This document shows positions 9,401 to 18,153 of a stretch of 64,000 bases of DNA, one piece after another; positions within the stretch are counted from its first letter, which is position 1; every line of letters begins with the position of its first letter. The DNA lies in assembly GCA_000146465.1 (NCBI GenBank), contig CP001943.1; one strand, 5' to 3'. The translations under genes were made by a program, and so were the position numbers. Below the pieces are notes generated by a model. The model was not told the origin of the DNA. It made no database searches and saw nothing but the letters and a program-made list of their open reading frames with translations.

Positions 9401-11871
9401 CAACACTGATCAACCTTTTTTTTGGGTTCTGTGTTGATAAAAACTTCGCAGCAGCAAGGAGATGCTTAGAGCCAGAAGTGATTCTTGGGAATTGTACCAC
9501 GGAGTCGGATGACGAAGAAAAAGGGAAGGACTTAATAATTCAATCACTGGACATGAAAGACCGTCTATCGGAAATCATAGATGAATGCCAAGACGATGAA
9601 GTTATGAAGTTTATGAATGACTGCAAGAGAATTGAGAAGGATTTTTCCGAATGGAGAAACTTGGAGAGTAGAAATGAGGTCTTCAAGCATTTTGTAAAAG
9701 ACTGCGAGCTTGTATCTAAGAGCAAGAATCTACTCAAGACCCTTGATCTGATAGCTGGGAGAAGAGAGATGGCTGGGGACGATAGAATGCTTCTGGAATG
9801 CCATGAAAGTCTTATGGCAGGAATTAGATCCATGGTGGATGGAAGAGATGATATATCATGTGATGAAATGTTTGAGTCTCTTTTCACTTTATCAAAGGAG
9901 AATGTCGGGGAAAGCCAGGATGTAGGTCTTGAGCACAGAGAATACTTTGACGACTTTGCATCTGTGGATATGGTCCGAGCTGAAAGGCATCATGAAAGGA
10001 TAGGATACATAGATAGAAGTAGGTTCGGAAAGACAAGCGGATACAATTCTTTGGATGAATTTGAAAGAGATTTAAAGCTTGGGATGATAAGAAGCTACAT
10101 GGGAGATAATGATTTTAATAAGTGCATTCAGGAGATTGGAAGCATGCTTCTCAAGAGGGAGTGGAGCGCACTATATGAACTGGCCAAGCTAAATGTTCTG
10201 CAGGGGAAAGTAGGAGATGCAAAGACGTCCCTCAAAAAGGTTTTGGAATTGTTTCCTAGAACATCGATATTCCATAAAAGAGCTTTGGCCAGATATGCAG
10301 AGATAGTGGATACAAAGACAGGATATGACTCTGCATTGTCAGTCTTAAAGGATTCTGGAAAGCTTTTTCTTCTTGGAGCCAAGAAATTTGAAAGCACAGA
10401 GCCGGTGAAGGCAATGGAGATGTATATTAACAGTGTAGTGCATGATAGTCAATATTCAGACGAAGCAATTCCTAGAATATTTCATCTGTTTTCCGAGATG
10501 ACACCTCCAGGAGACATCAATGCGAGTAGTGCCTTGATTAAGAAGTTCTTAGAATCTTGCCTTTCTCTGCTTCCCCCATACTACAATCAAATTCTCTCCC
10601 GATTAAGTCATCCAAACCGAGATGTGGTGGATGTAGTGTCCAATATTGTGCTTGAGCTCATGGAAAATTATCCTAGCAAGACTTTTTGGAGATCTCTGAT
10701 CATGATGAACTCCCAGGTTCCAAACACTAGGAAGCGCATGGAGGGAATCATCTCCGAGCTTACATTGGATAACAAGGTGGTTCTGTCCAACATCAGGAAG
10801 ATATCAGAGGGCCTTATGGAAATATCAAAATCTAAAAAGAACGAGCTAGCCATGGAGGAAGACTTTCCGGGATTCATTAGAATGTTTCCAACTAATGTCA
10901 TGGTTCCTAATACCGGGATATTGATAAACGGAGTGAAAAATGAGATAAAGGTCTTCAATTCTTTGCAGAGGCCTAAAAGAATATGCTTTGTAGGAAATGA
11001 TGGAAAAAACTACTACTGGCTTTGCAAGAACCAGGACGATTTAAGGAAAGATAGCAGGTTTATGGACCTGAACCTCATAATTAACAGCATACTTAGGAAG
11101 CAAAGCAACAAAAAGTACATTCGAACCTATGCTGTGATACCGTTTAGCCATGAGAGCGGAATCATAGAATGGATCAAGGGGTTGAACTCCCTTAAGGTTA
11201 TATGCGATTCCTACTATTCAAAAGATGGGATATCAATCTCGGAGACTGCATGTCGGTTTGTACAAAACAAGAAGATAGGGCCTCGAGAATGGCATAAGGT
11301 TATCTCTAAGTTCGGCCCGAAGTTTCATCTTTGGTTCAGCGACAACTTTCCGCATCCATATAGTTGGCTATCAGCTAGAAACAATTACACCAGGACGTAT
11401 GCAATAATGAACATTGTGGGATGGTTTATGGGTCTGGGAGACAGGCATGCAGAGAACATTCTTTTTGATTCCAACACTGGCGACACAGTCCATGTCGATT
11501 TGAACTGTATCTTTGGAAAGGGAAGAGAGCTGCAAGTTCCAGAAAAGGTTCCATATAGACTCACTCAAAATATAGTGGATGCATTTGGAGTACTTGGGCT
11601 TGAAGGTTCATACAATGCCTCTCTTTGTTCAACGCTGGACCTATTTCTCAAGAACAAAAACATCCTTGTGTCTAACCTCCTATCTTTTGTTTATGATCCT
11701 TTATTTGAATGGAGAAGGAAATCCACCACCACTCCAAAGAGGATCATCGAAGATCTGTGCCGCAAGATGGATGATTTGGATGTCAGCAGTAAGTGTGATG
11801 TTTTGAATGAGGAGGCAACAAAAAGTGAGAACCTGTGTATGATGTACATAGGATGGCTTCCATTCATTTAG
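6448..11871 (+). CDS. ATR: ATR/Mec1-type PI3K-related protein kinase (DNA-damage checkpoint kinase), size-reduced
   Basis: Catalytic loop GLGDRHAENILFDSNTGDTVHVDLNCIFGKG and PYRLTQNIVDAFGVLGLEGSY closely follow ATR. A long helical FAT region precedes it. The FATC-like C-terminus is ...CMMYIGWLPFI*. The track start is TTG at 6433, and the first ATG at 6448 is preceded by gaagCCCttggac. Confidence 0.75.
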   Translation: MNRNYLKNLYLQQLESERYSDVFRESLHSLVSVEIMNTVILLAVKDDDEDALIDLLELFLQHLETNPIFYEKLGKSNLHLLLLERPLRMQSYTKLKLVYDKVRPKRTPLSFEHTEFLAKNFYNYCLYKYAYNDYQFDLEMSVEGFGPVEMNLFKDLLRKICIENRENEHLANYVRTLPMDTNVFLAIVEPDFKVDASKLEPEDLFVVYPAQVQRCNLGLFTKPFLCSLNSKEGLCRVCGRRVLEYHFEEIDHEEYLESIAGNIKEICFAVSHWEKARTPRVLITVLRSLFKGCEDLECYKSLKYFPVKEESDMEDIVVKFLRYAASTLNIENIQVSLRMLPFTSHTPKVIFSYFVILFESLRKYPENGFLRSIVKNVVMRNKDKFMKIRAMIFEYYMKGDEESVFDIPNREKEGRGLKDGKDFNTSISDRLERRLAPLSEFFSEECGSFVKNNMFYIYPIIYSLWLPRCTQDLGFTQANNHFLVISLCLQGEESRIDEIGYEKDELYGMGVDVIVPLLCNGYFKYDILERFFGDTRKYISIHLPKFLFALKKVYVERPFEFRVCVFKVLKCIIDAISNNVKMLFNYLFPFVEFFMRKHEDSCGMDCKMIFIEYYSSFFENDCFIRNMPRIFPYLDVEKIVKWSNAKNEEDYLDIVLGLLNTKGHFSQEMATSKAVELLTRVFGSIDKDGVLDEESFVENILTRFFKSPTFRIKVGSIYRRLREVESDAAFLIGCISQEFLEPEIHPSVCDVPIMGNTPEAIARVMIERYLLEIDPGKQDLHFFIIQETLKFIRGPLSDSIEEVVDQFRNTQYLYEHVPTYSTEKLYEKTHTFKKFLERLYRHTLSEVERRNKKEYFNLLRYGDLLGIPFLEFHCLSLCRLLLDSGDSRVAGIAQNISQDLEGGVDRKIARFVLKLHRFTEGKYVPDLVILRISIFLKDHYNAIQVLEKMIRKERRRDLFDLLQYNYYWIKDYDKVLGINSVFGRPTLINLFFGFCVDKNFAAARRCLEPEVILGNCTTESDDEEKGKDLIIQSLDMKDRLSEIIDECQDDEVMKFMNDCKRIEKDFSEWRNLESRNEVFKHFVKDCELVSKSKNLLKTLDLIAGRREMAGDDRMLLECHESLMAGIRSMVDGRDDISCDEMFESLFTLSKENVGESQDVGLEHREYFDDFASVDMVRAERHHERIGYIDRSRFGKTSGYNSLDEFERDLKLGMIRSYMGDNDFNKCIQEIGSMLLKREWSALYELAKLNVLQGKVGDAKTSLKKVLELFPRTSIFHKRALARYAEIVDTKTGYDSALSVLKDSGKLFLLGAKKFESTEPVKAMEMYINSVVHDSQYSDEAIPRIFHLFSEMTPPGDINASSALIKKFLESCLSLLPPYYNQILSRLSHPNRDVVDVVSNIVLELMENYPSKTFWRSLIMMNSQVPNTRKRMEGIISELTLDNKVVLSNIRKISEGLMEISKSKKNELAMEEDFPGFIRMFPTNVMVPNTGILINGVKNEIKVFNSLQRPKRICFVGNDGKNYYWLCKNQDDLRKDSRFMDLNLIINSILRKQSNKKYIRTYAVIPFSHESGIIEWIKGLNSLKVICDSYYSKDGISISETACRFVQNKKIGPREWHKVISKFGPKFHLWFSDNFPHPYSWLSARNNYTRTYAIMNIVGWFMGLGDRHAENILFDSNTGDTVHVDLNCIFGKGRELQVPEKVPYRLTQNIVDAFGVLGLEGSYNASLCSTLDLFLKNKNILVSNLLSFVYDPLFEWRRKSTTTPKRIIEDLCRKMDDLDVSSKCDVLNEEATKSENLCMMYIGWLPFI

Positions 11872-11955
11872 CCTCACTATAAAAGAGATTCCAATGGCAG
11901 TCCATTAGATTATCTATCCAAAATAACTTAAAATATACTTAGAATACTCTCAAGA

Positions 11956-12465
11956 CTATTTACTTTTCAAAAGACCTTGAAGATCGTCGAGAAACTCCTC
12001 ATGGATAAGCCTTCCGTTGGAATCAAAGAGGTCAAACATCGATTTGGTGTACTTACTAGGAATGAGCTTGTTTTTGTTGTAGACCATTATTACATATGTG
12101 GGATCAGGTGCACTCACACTTGTGGAAACCACCCGGTCCTTGAATACCATTGAAGAGCCTGTCCATCGAAAGTAGATTTCTCCAAGAATGTTGATTACGA
12201 AATAGATTAGAGTTAATATAGTTATGACTTGTTTGTGATACTCAAACTCCGATGTCAAGGAAAAATATGCAACTGCTGAGGCAATGACAGTCGAAATCAG
12301 CCCTATTGCTATTTTAATGTCTGTAGAGACCTTAGACTGCTTGGAATTCCCCACATTTTCCATGAAGTCTCGGATGACATCATCGAGAATAATCTTCAGC
12401 TCGCTTAGGTTGTATATGTCTCCTCTGAGCGGGTTTTTGTTGTACTTGGCTTTTAAGTTATCCAT
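11956..12465 (-). CDS. SPC2: Signal peptidase complex subunit 2 (SPC25/Spc2)-like membrane protein
   Basis: Two adjacent transmembrane helices (IAIGLISTVIASAVAYF and ITILTLIYFVINILGEIYF) are followed by a C-terminal segment, KNKLIPSKYTKSMFDLFDSNGRLIHEEF, that resembles SPCS2. The upstream ATG at 12543 would overlap the MCM4 start. The internal ATG at 12465 is preceded by CCCtct. Confidence 0.4.
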   Translation of the reverse strand: MDNLKAKYNKNPLRGDIYNLSELKIILDDVIRDFMENVGNSKQSKVSTDIKIAIGLISTVIASAVAYFSLTSEFEYHKQVITILTLIYFVINILGEIYFRWTGSSMVFKDRVVSTSVSAPDPTYVIMVYNKNKLIPSKYTKSMFDLFDSNGRLIHEEFLDDLQGLLKSK

Positions 12466-12507
12466 AGAGGGTAAATATTTTACAAAGGTGTTAACTAGGA
12501 TAGGAGA

Positions 12508-12515
12508 CACCCCAA
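12508..12515 (+). promoter_or_regulatory. Representative CCC start-site motif (cacCCCAA|ATG) immediately upstream of the MCM4 start codon
   Basis: A C-triplet 1-12 nt upstream of the ATG recurs at about 31 genes in the window; see findings. Confidence 0.4.
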
Positions 12516-14642
12516 ATGGATTCCGATCAACAGTCCTCTGCATTTTCGTTCTATGATGCTAGTCAGGAGAATCTGTTGAATTTTACGCCTTCGCAAGGAG
12601 ACCTCAGTTCTACTATCCTTCCTATAGTGGAGACAGAGAGAGTAAAGGTGATCTGGGGTACTACGATAAACATCCAAGAGACATCCGAGCGGTTCAAGGA
12701 GTTTATTAGAAAGAATAGAGACTATCATGACGTTCTTGAGCAAATGGATCTTACTCAAGAGTTTGTGTTTGATCTCAATTGTGAAGATCTTGATCCAGAT
12801 CTTCGAAGTCAGCTTGCAACATATCCTCAGGAGATGCTTCCGATTCTCCAGGGATCATTACAGGAAATATATGTGGAGAACTTTCCAAGCTTCAATGGGA
12901 CCATCAGAATCAGACCCTTTGGAATAGGAAAGGCTCTCTCAATAAGAAACATCAATCCAAATGATATCGACAGGATTGTGCAGATTACGGGAATGGTCAT
13001 CAGGTCGTCGTCTGTGATTCCCGAGATTGTAAGGGCTTTTTTCCGATGCTCAAAGTGCATGGATGAGTGTTTTGTAGAAAGCATAAGGAATGTGATTGAG
13101 GAGCCAAGCAAGTGCAAGTGTGGAGGGAAGTATTCTCAGCAGTTAGTTCACAATTCAAGTGAATTTGAAGACAAGCAGATATCCAGGATACAAGAACTCC
13201 CTGAGGGTATTCCTGATGGAACAACACCCATGGCTATGACAATAGTCTGCAGAAACGAGTTTGTTGACGGGCTTGTTCCAGGAGATAGAGTTAAGGTGAT
13301 AGGAATTTTGAAAGCAACACCGGTGAGACTCAACCCTGTGATGAAGAAAATCAAGAGTACATTCAGGACTTATCTCGATCTTCTCAGCTACGAGGTAATG
13401 AATAAGAAGGTCAAGGAACGGGATCCCATTTACAAGATTGATGAGCTTCGAAAAAACCCTAAAGTATATGAGGTGTTGGCGAATTCTATAGCACCCTCTG
13501 TGTGTGGAATGGAAGACACAAAGAAGGCGTTGCTCCTTCAACTATTTGGAGGAGTTCGAAAAGAATTGGGCAGTTCAAGGCTTAGAGGAGACATAAATAT
13601 ACTTCTTGCAGGGGATCCAGGAATATCGAAATCACAGCTACTGAGCTTTATACATAGAACGTCTGAAAGAGGGATGTACACCAGTGGAAGAGGATCAAGT
13701 GCAGTTGGACTGACGGCTAGTGTGGCTAAGGATCCAGATAGTGGGCAATTTATCCTGGAGTCTGGGGCTCTTGTCTTATCTGATAACGGAGTGTGTTGTA
13801 TCGATGAATTCGACAAGATGAGCGATAGCACAAGAAGTGTATTGCATGAGGTAATGGAGCAGCAGACGGTGTCGGTTGCAAAGGCGGGAATTATAACCAC
13901 ATTAAATGCAAGATGTTCCATTCTTGCAAGCTGCAATCCTATTGAAAGCAAGTACAATCCTCGGAAAAGCATAATTGAAAACATCAATCTTCCTCCCACC
14001 TTGCTAAGCAGATTTGATGTTGTGTGTTTGTTAATAGATAGATCTGATGAATTCCAGGACAGAACCATAGGAGACCATATTGTGTCTCTATATTCCGAGG
14101 AGAGGGGAAAAACGGAATGTGTTGATGCCGACCTTCTTAAGGCATATGTGAAGGAAGCAAGGAAGATAGTTCCACGATTGACGGCCGAAAGTATGAGGTT
14201 GCTGACGCAAGCATATGTGGATCTTAGGCAAATGGACAATGGAAAAACAATAACCGCAACAACAAGACAATTGGAAAGTTTAATCCGCCTGAGTGAGGCA
14301 CATGCAAGGATGAGGTTTTCAAGCACTGTCGAGGCAAAGGATGTTAAAGAGGCAGTGAGAATAATAAGAGAAAGCCTTCTTATGTATGCGATTGATCCAT
14401 CTACTGGAAAGGTAGATATGGATATGATAATTACAGGAAGAAGTACATTTAGAAACAAGATGCTGGAGAGCCTGAAGGATGCAATCCTTCTAATGATGCG
14501 AGACCGAATCGAGGTCTCTGAAATAGTTAGGAAGACAGGTGCAAATGAAAAGATGGTGAAAGAGGCCCTAGAGGAGCTTGCACAGGAAGATAAAATAATG
14601 ACTTCTGGACACGAGTCTTGTTACGAAAGGATAAGAGACTAG
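12516..14642 (+). CDS. MCM4: DNA replication licensing factor MCM4
   Basis: MCM box: Walker A GDPGISKSQLL, Walker B CCIDEFDKMSD, arginine finger SRFD. The N-terminal 'VIWGTTINIQE' block and OB/zinc region are typical of MCM4/Cdc21. ATG start with cacCCCCaa upstream. Confidence 0.8.
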   Translation: MDSDQQSSAFSFYDASQENLLNFTPSQGDLSSTILPIVETERVKVIWGTTINIQETSERFKEFIRKNRDYHDVLEQMDLTQEFVFDLNCEDLDPDLRSQLATYPQEMLPILQGSLQEIYVENFPSFNGTIRIRPFGIGKALSIRNINPNDIDRIVQITGMVIRSSSVIPEIVRAFFRCSKCMDECFVESIRNVIEEPSKCKCGGKYSQQLVHNSSEFEDKQISRIQELPEGIPDGTTPMAMTIVCRNEFVDGLVPGDRVKVIGILKATPVRLNPVMKKIKSTFRTYLDLLSYEVMNKKVKERDPIYKIDELRKNPKVYEVLANSIAPSVCGMEDTKKALLLQLFGGVRKELGSSRLRGDINILLAGDPGISKSQLLSFIHRTSERGMYTSGRGSSAVGLTASVAKDPDSGQFILESGALVLSDNGVCCIDEFDKMSDSTRSVLHEVMEQQTVSVAKAGIITTLNARCSILASCNPIESKYNPRKSIIENINLPPTLLSRFDVVCLLIDRSDEFQDRTIGDHIVSLYSEERGKTECVDADLLKAYVKEARKIVPRLTAESMRLLTQAYVDLRQMDNGKTITATTRQLESLIRLSEAHARMRFSSTVEAKDVKEAVRIIRESLLMYAIDPSTGKVDMDMIITGRSTFRNKMLESLKDAILLMMRDRIEVSEIVRKTGANEKMVKEALEELAQEDKIMTSGHESCYERIRD

Positions 14643-14699
14643 AATGGGTTTGCAAGGGACTAGTCTTCCTCCTAGGTTTGATTTAAATAAAATGGTGTC

Positions 14700-15311
14700 T
14701 TAATCTACTTCCTTCTGGATTTTGTTATGGAAATACCACCAGTAGTAAAACTTTTCCCAATCGGTAAGGCGTCTACCCGAATCTCCCTTACTTCCCTTCA
14801 TTGCCTGGAGCTGAGACGACTTTAGTTTGCAGCTGCCAAAGAGTATGGAGTCTTCTATTAAATTTTCGATAACGGCACTTGCATTCATTAAGTTTTCCTG
14901 TGTATCTGCACTTATATAACAATGCAAGGGTTCGGCATATTTGTCCTTGTAGGATCCTCTTATGTATATCCTGGCTTTTGTAATCCTTTCAAGCTGCCTT
15001 TGGGTGGATCCTTTTGGACCTATTATCAAGCCCACAAAATTGCTTTCGGGGAATTCCTGGACAGGAATGTAGATTTTATTTGTATACATATTTCCAGATA
15101 TCGAAACATTTCCCTGTATTTGGAGGCCTAGAATCTGTTGTTTTCTTGATTTCAGCCATTGGACCAGTTGTTGATTGTTGGATGCAACTGCATTTCTAAG
15201 GCGTCTATCTATTTCCTCAGAACGCATGGAACAGAGCAGTTTCTTCAACTCGGATTTACTTTTTACATCTTTTGGGAATGGGACCTTCTCTGGGTGTCGG
15301 AACAGCTCCAT
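14700..15311 (-). CDS. SF1: Branchpoint-binding protein SF1/BBP-like KH-domain protein
   Basis: KH-QUA2 core IYIPVQEFPESNFVGLIIGPKGSTQRQLERITKARIYIRG...EPLHCYISADTQENL matches the SF1/BBP KH domain. The track start at 15437 is TTG, and the first ATG (MELFRHPEK) is at 15311. No zinc knuckles are visible. Confidence 0.5.
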   Translation of the reverse strand: MELFRHPEKVPFPKDVKSKSELKKLLCSMRSEEIDRRLRNAVASNNQQLVQWLKSRKQQILGLQIQGNVSISGNMYTNKIYIPVQEFPESNFVGLIIGPKGSTQRQLERITKARIYIRGSYKDKYAEPLHCYISADTQENLMNASAVIENLIEDSILFGSCKLKSSQLQAMKGSKGDSGRRLTDWEKFYYWWYFHNKIQKEVD

Positions 15312-15314
15312 CAG

Positions 15315-15974
15315 ATGGTCTACCAAAAAAATGCAAATTTTTCCTCCCCGATGGCAAGTATTCCTAAGTCGAACGAAGTAATCTTTGTAAAGAATTATTA
15401 TAGCATGCTCTGCAACAGGCCATCGGTCATCCACCAATACTACATGAAGGATTCTCAGCTAACAATCTCCAAGGAGGCGAGCAAGCCCGAAATATGCACC
15501 GAGGACTTTGGGAAATACATCAAATCGAAGATATCCAGCCCAGTTTCCAAAGTATTCATATCTCACCTGTCTTTTCAAAAGATAGACAACCTGAAATCGG
15601 CTATAAGTGTCATCGGGCAATTTGTTTACAACGACTCGTCGCAAGTGAGAATATCTCATCAGTTCATTGTCTCGAGGATAGATTCTGTTCTATACATCAA
15701 GAACGAGATTCTGACGTTCCTAGACGAAGAGATTGCTTATGATCTGGACCATGATGCCAAGAAGGTTGTGGTTGTTGAATATGGAAAGAACGAAATGTTA
15801 CAGGCCATCAATGCTATTTCTGAGTTTGGAAAGATTAAATCTATGAAGTCTGAGGACGATGGCAAGGTTGTCATGACATTCGACAGTATAGAGGATGTGG
15901 AGAATATCAAGAAGAATGTTCCAAAGATAGTCTCGCAGGGATATAAGTTGGAGTTTGATGGGCTGAAAGTGTGA
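15315..15974 (+). CDS. NTF2-like domain protein with a C-terminal RRM-like segment (G3BP/NTF2-RRM type)
   Basis: NTF2-like core EASKPEICTEDFGKYIKSKI...ISHLSFQKIDNLKSAISVIGQFVYNDSSQVRISHQFIV, followed by KKVVVVEYGKNEMLQAINAISEFG. The track start at 15159 is TTG. Candidate ATGs are at 15315, 15405 and 15444, so the start is uncertain. Confidence 0.35.
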   Translation: MVYQKNANFSSPMASIPKSNEVIFVKNYYSMLCNRPSVIHQYYMKDSQLTISKEASKPEICTEDFGKYIKSKISSPVSKVFISHLSFQKIDNLKSAISVIGQFVYNDSSQVRISHQFIVSRIDSVLYIKNEILTFLDEEIAYDLDHDAKKVVVVEYGKNEMLQAINAISEFGKIKSMKSEDDGKVVMTFDSIEDVENIKKNVPKIVSQGYKLEFDGLKV

Positions 15975-16075
15975 GGAATCAAAGAACTTTTTGAAATAAA
16001 TTCTTATGGGCATTTTGTTTTGCATGGTTCTTTGCAAATGATGTTTCTTGTCTAATAAAGGCCCTACAAAGGATA

Positions 16076-16675
16076 ATGGAAGAAGAAGGAAAACTGGCAG
16101 AGAGATTTGTAAAGGCGTATAATAGACGTGTAGAGTTGTACAGACAGAGATATGCTCTGGAAGATTCTATAAATGCAAAGCTTGTCGACCAGTGTGCATT
16201 GAAAAAAGCAATAGAAATGAATAAAGAGCTAGACAAAAAGGATCAGCCAAGACCACCTGACCAGGGAACAATGTTTGGGACTGGAATGCACAGATTGTCT
16301 CTTGTTGACATAGGTAGACTTCCTACAGAGAATCTGGACATGTTCCATACCGAAACAGCAATCTACCCTGTAGGATATATGTGCAGAAAGAAGTATAAGA
16401 AGCACGACGCTTATAAAAAGAAGGCAAAAGACAGGATCCTGTATATATGTAGTGTGGATCCTCAAAAGGGTCCGATAATAACTGCCGATGACGGAAGGAA
16501 ATGGTACGGGCCAAGTATGTGGAAAGATTTTGTAGAGAGCATCGAAGGAGGGACAGAATACAAAAGTGTTGAAGAATTTTTTGGGCTAGGAAATTCTGCG
16601 CTTGCCAGAAAAATTGAATCTCTTGGAGACTTATCTGCTTTCAAAAAGTATATTCCGTTGAACAAAAGATCTTAA
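16076..16675 (+). CDS. FYRN/FYRC (FY-rich) domain protein
   Basis: 'ETAIYPVGYMCRKKYKKHDAYKK' is FYRN-like, and 'KWYGPSMWKDF...SVEEFFGLGNSALARKIESL' is FYRC-like. ATG start with ggCCCtacaaagg upstream. Confidence 0.35.
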   Translation: MEEEGKLAERFVKAYNRRVELYRQRYALEDSINAKLVDQCALKKAIEMNKELDKKDQPRPPDQGTMFGTGMHRLSLVDIGRLPTENLDMFHTETAIYPVGYMCRKKYKKHDAYKKKAKDRILYICSVDPQKGPIITADDGRKWYGPSMWKDFVESIEGGTEYKSVEEFFGLGNSALARKIESLGDLSAFKKYIPLNKRS

Positions 16676-16744
16676 ATATGGTGTTTTCTGATTTCAAATT
16701 AAAAGAATTTATTGAAGTGGTAAAAACCAGATTGCTTTTTATTT

Positions 16745-17278
16745 TTAGAAGACAATCTTAAGAAGCACGAAAACTCCAACCAGAGAGAATAAAAGTAGCA
16801 GAATCGATTGGATAATCTTGGCTTTCCAAAGCTTTCTTCTTCTAGTAATACTCAGCTGCTCGTTGACGAGCATTCCATACTGCTCACCTTCTTCAAGATG
16901 TTCCATAACATTATCAATGGGAAATCTGGCGTCGTTGATTGCATAGTTTATGTAGTTCGAGACAGCGACAACCTCTTGAACACTTCTAGTAATCTCATCT
17001 ATCGAGCTCTTCCGACTCAGTGCCTCCATATGCATTTTACATGCAGATATCTCATTATCTAGTTCTTTATAGGGACTTGAAATGCATTTGTATCTATTCT
17101 TCAGTTCGTTATAGCGTTTCACAAGCCTTGGAGGCTGCTGTCCACATTCAACAAGACGATCACAAATCTGAAACATAGCAGGCAGCTTGGACTCGTCCTC
17201 TCTGTGAGTACCTCTCTCCAATTCCTTGATGCTGTTATCCAGCATGTCTATCCTCCTGGAAAAGGTCATTTCATTCAT
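16745..17278 (-). CDS. Tail-anchored coiled-coil protein, possibly a Q-SNARE
   Basis: 177 aa with a heptad-repeat region (IDEITRSVQEVVAVSNYINYAINDA...EGEQYGMLVNEQLS) followed by the C-terminal membrane anchor ILLLLFSLVGVFVLLKIVF. Confidence 0.3.
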   Translation of the reverse strand: MNEMTFSRRIDMLDNSIKELERGTHREDESKLPAMFQICDRLVECGQQPPRLVKRYNELKNRYKCISSPYKELDNEISACKMHMEALSRKSSIDEITRSVQEVVAVSNYINYAINDARFPIDNVMEHLEEGEQYGMLVNEQLSITRRRKLWKAKIIQSILLLLFSLVGVFVLLKIVF

Positions 17279-17381
17279 CTAGAGACTTGTTTATCCTGTC
17301 TTACCTCCAGATGAGTTTGATGATCTTTGTTACAGATTGGTAGATCATAAACCTATATTCAATTTCAGTCAAGTAATTCGC

Positions 17382-17774
17382 TCACTCCAGCCCGAATCTT
17401 GACATGACACGTTTCTCCATTTCAACAATATCTGCTAGGATTGGAAGAGGTATGTCCATGGAGTTGTGCTCTTCGGGTTCCATGAGAAGGAGAATTCCTT
17501 TCATGTGTCCTTTTTTCCTTATAGCCTGTCTTGTGTTCTGAAACCATTTTTGAATGGACTTTGGATGGACATTGATAAGCAATGCCAAGTCAATAATTGT
17601 TTTTGACGAAGGAAACTTCGATATCTCGAATATTCTATTCAGAACACATGTTTGCAGTCTTGTCTTTCTCATTTGCTTTCCAGCGCAGTATCTATTCATC
17701 TGGAATCCACTCAGCTTCAGCAGCCCAAGTGCTGCTTCTAGCTCTCTTACGTTTTTGGTTTTTTCACTAGCCAT
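17382..17774 (-). CDS. Homeobox (homeodomain) transcription factor
   Basis: Homeodomain RKTRLQTCVLNRIFEISKFPSSKTIIDLALLINVHPKSIQKWFQNTRQAIRKK, with the helix-3 signature WFQNxR. ATG start. Confidence 0.55.
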   Translation of the reverse strand: MASEKTKNVRELEAALGLLKLSGFQMNRYCAGKQMRKTRLQTCVLNRIFEISKFPSSKTIIDLALLINVHPKSIQKWFQNTRQAIRKKGHMKGILLLMEPEEHNSMDIPLPILADIVEMEKRVMSRFGLE

Positions 17775-18153
17775 TTTTAGGAAGTGAGCTGAGTTTCTTT
17801 AAAACAAGTTGACGTCTGTTCACTCACTGATATATTAAATTATTCTTGAATGTCATGTATTGTAATGCATCTTAAATTGCTTGTTTTTACAAAATTTGAA
17901 CTCTAATTAATAACTCTATTGGTCTTAATTTAAAACGAACAGAAGTTAATCATCTCCAGGTCTTAAAAGGCCATATTGGCAATAGGATAGGCTCTTTAGG
18001 CCTGGCTCCCACTGAAACATTCCTCTCTAAAGACATTCTATGCCTCTGTTTTATTAAAATATCCTCTTCTATGCCCCTCAAGTCTTCCGTATTCATAAGC
18101 TGTGCAATAAATGTTGGAAGAAATCTAAAGTGTTCGAAAAACATAGAACAATT

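Noticed and set aside
13538-14458. Long antisense ORFs inside confirmed genes (306 aa opposite MCM4; also 1425-2051, 20270-21022, 2680-3186 and 8886-9257)
   Set aside because: They lie wholly within well-supported genes on the other strand, have low-complexity Ser/Leu-rich composition and no start-site motif. They are shadow ORFs.
17950-18144. 64-aa ORF in the spacer between GluRS and the homeobox gene
   Set aside because: No CCC/GGG start context, it sits immediately 3' of the GluRS stop on the same strand, and its composition is atypical. More likely untranslated 3' or promoter DNA.
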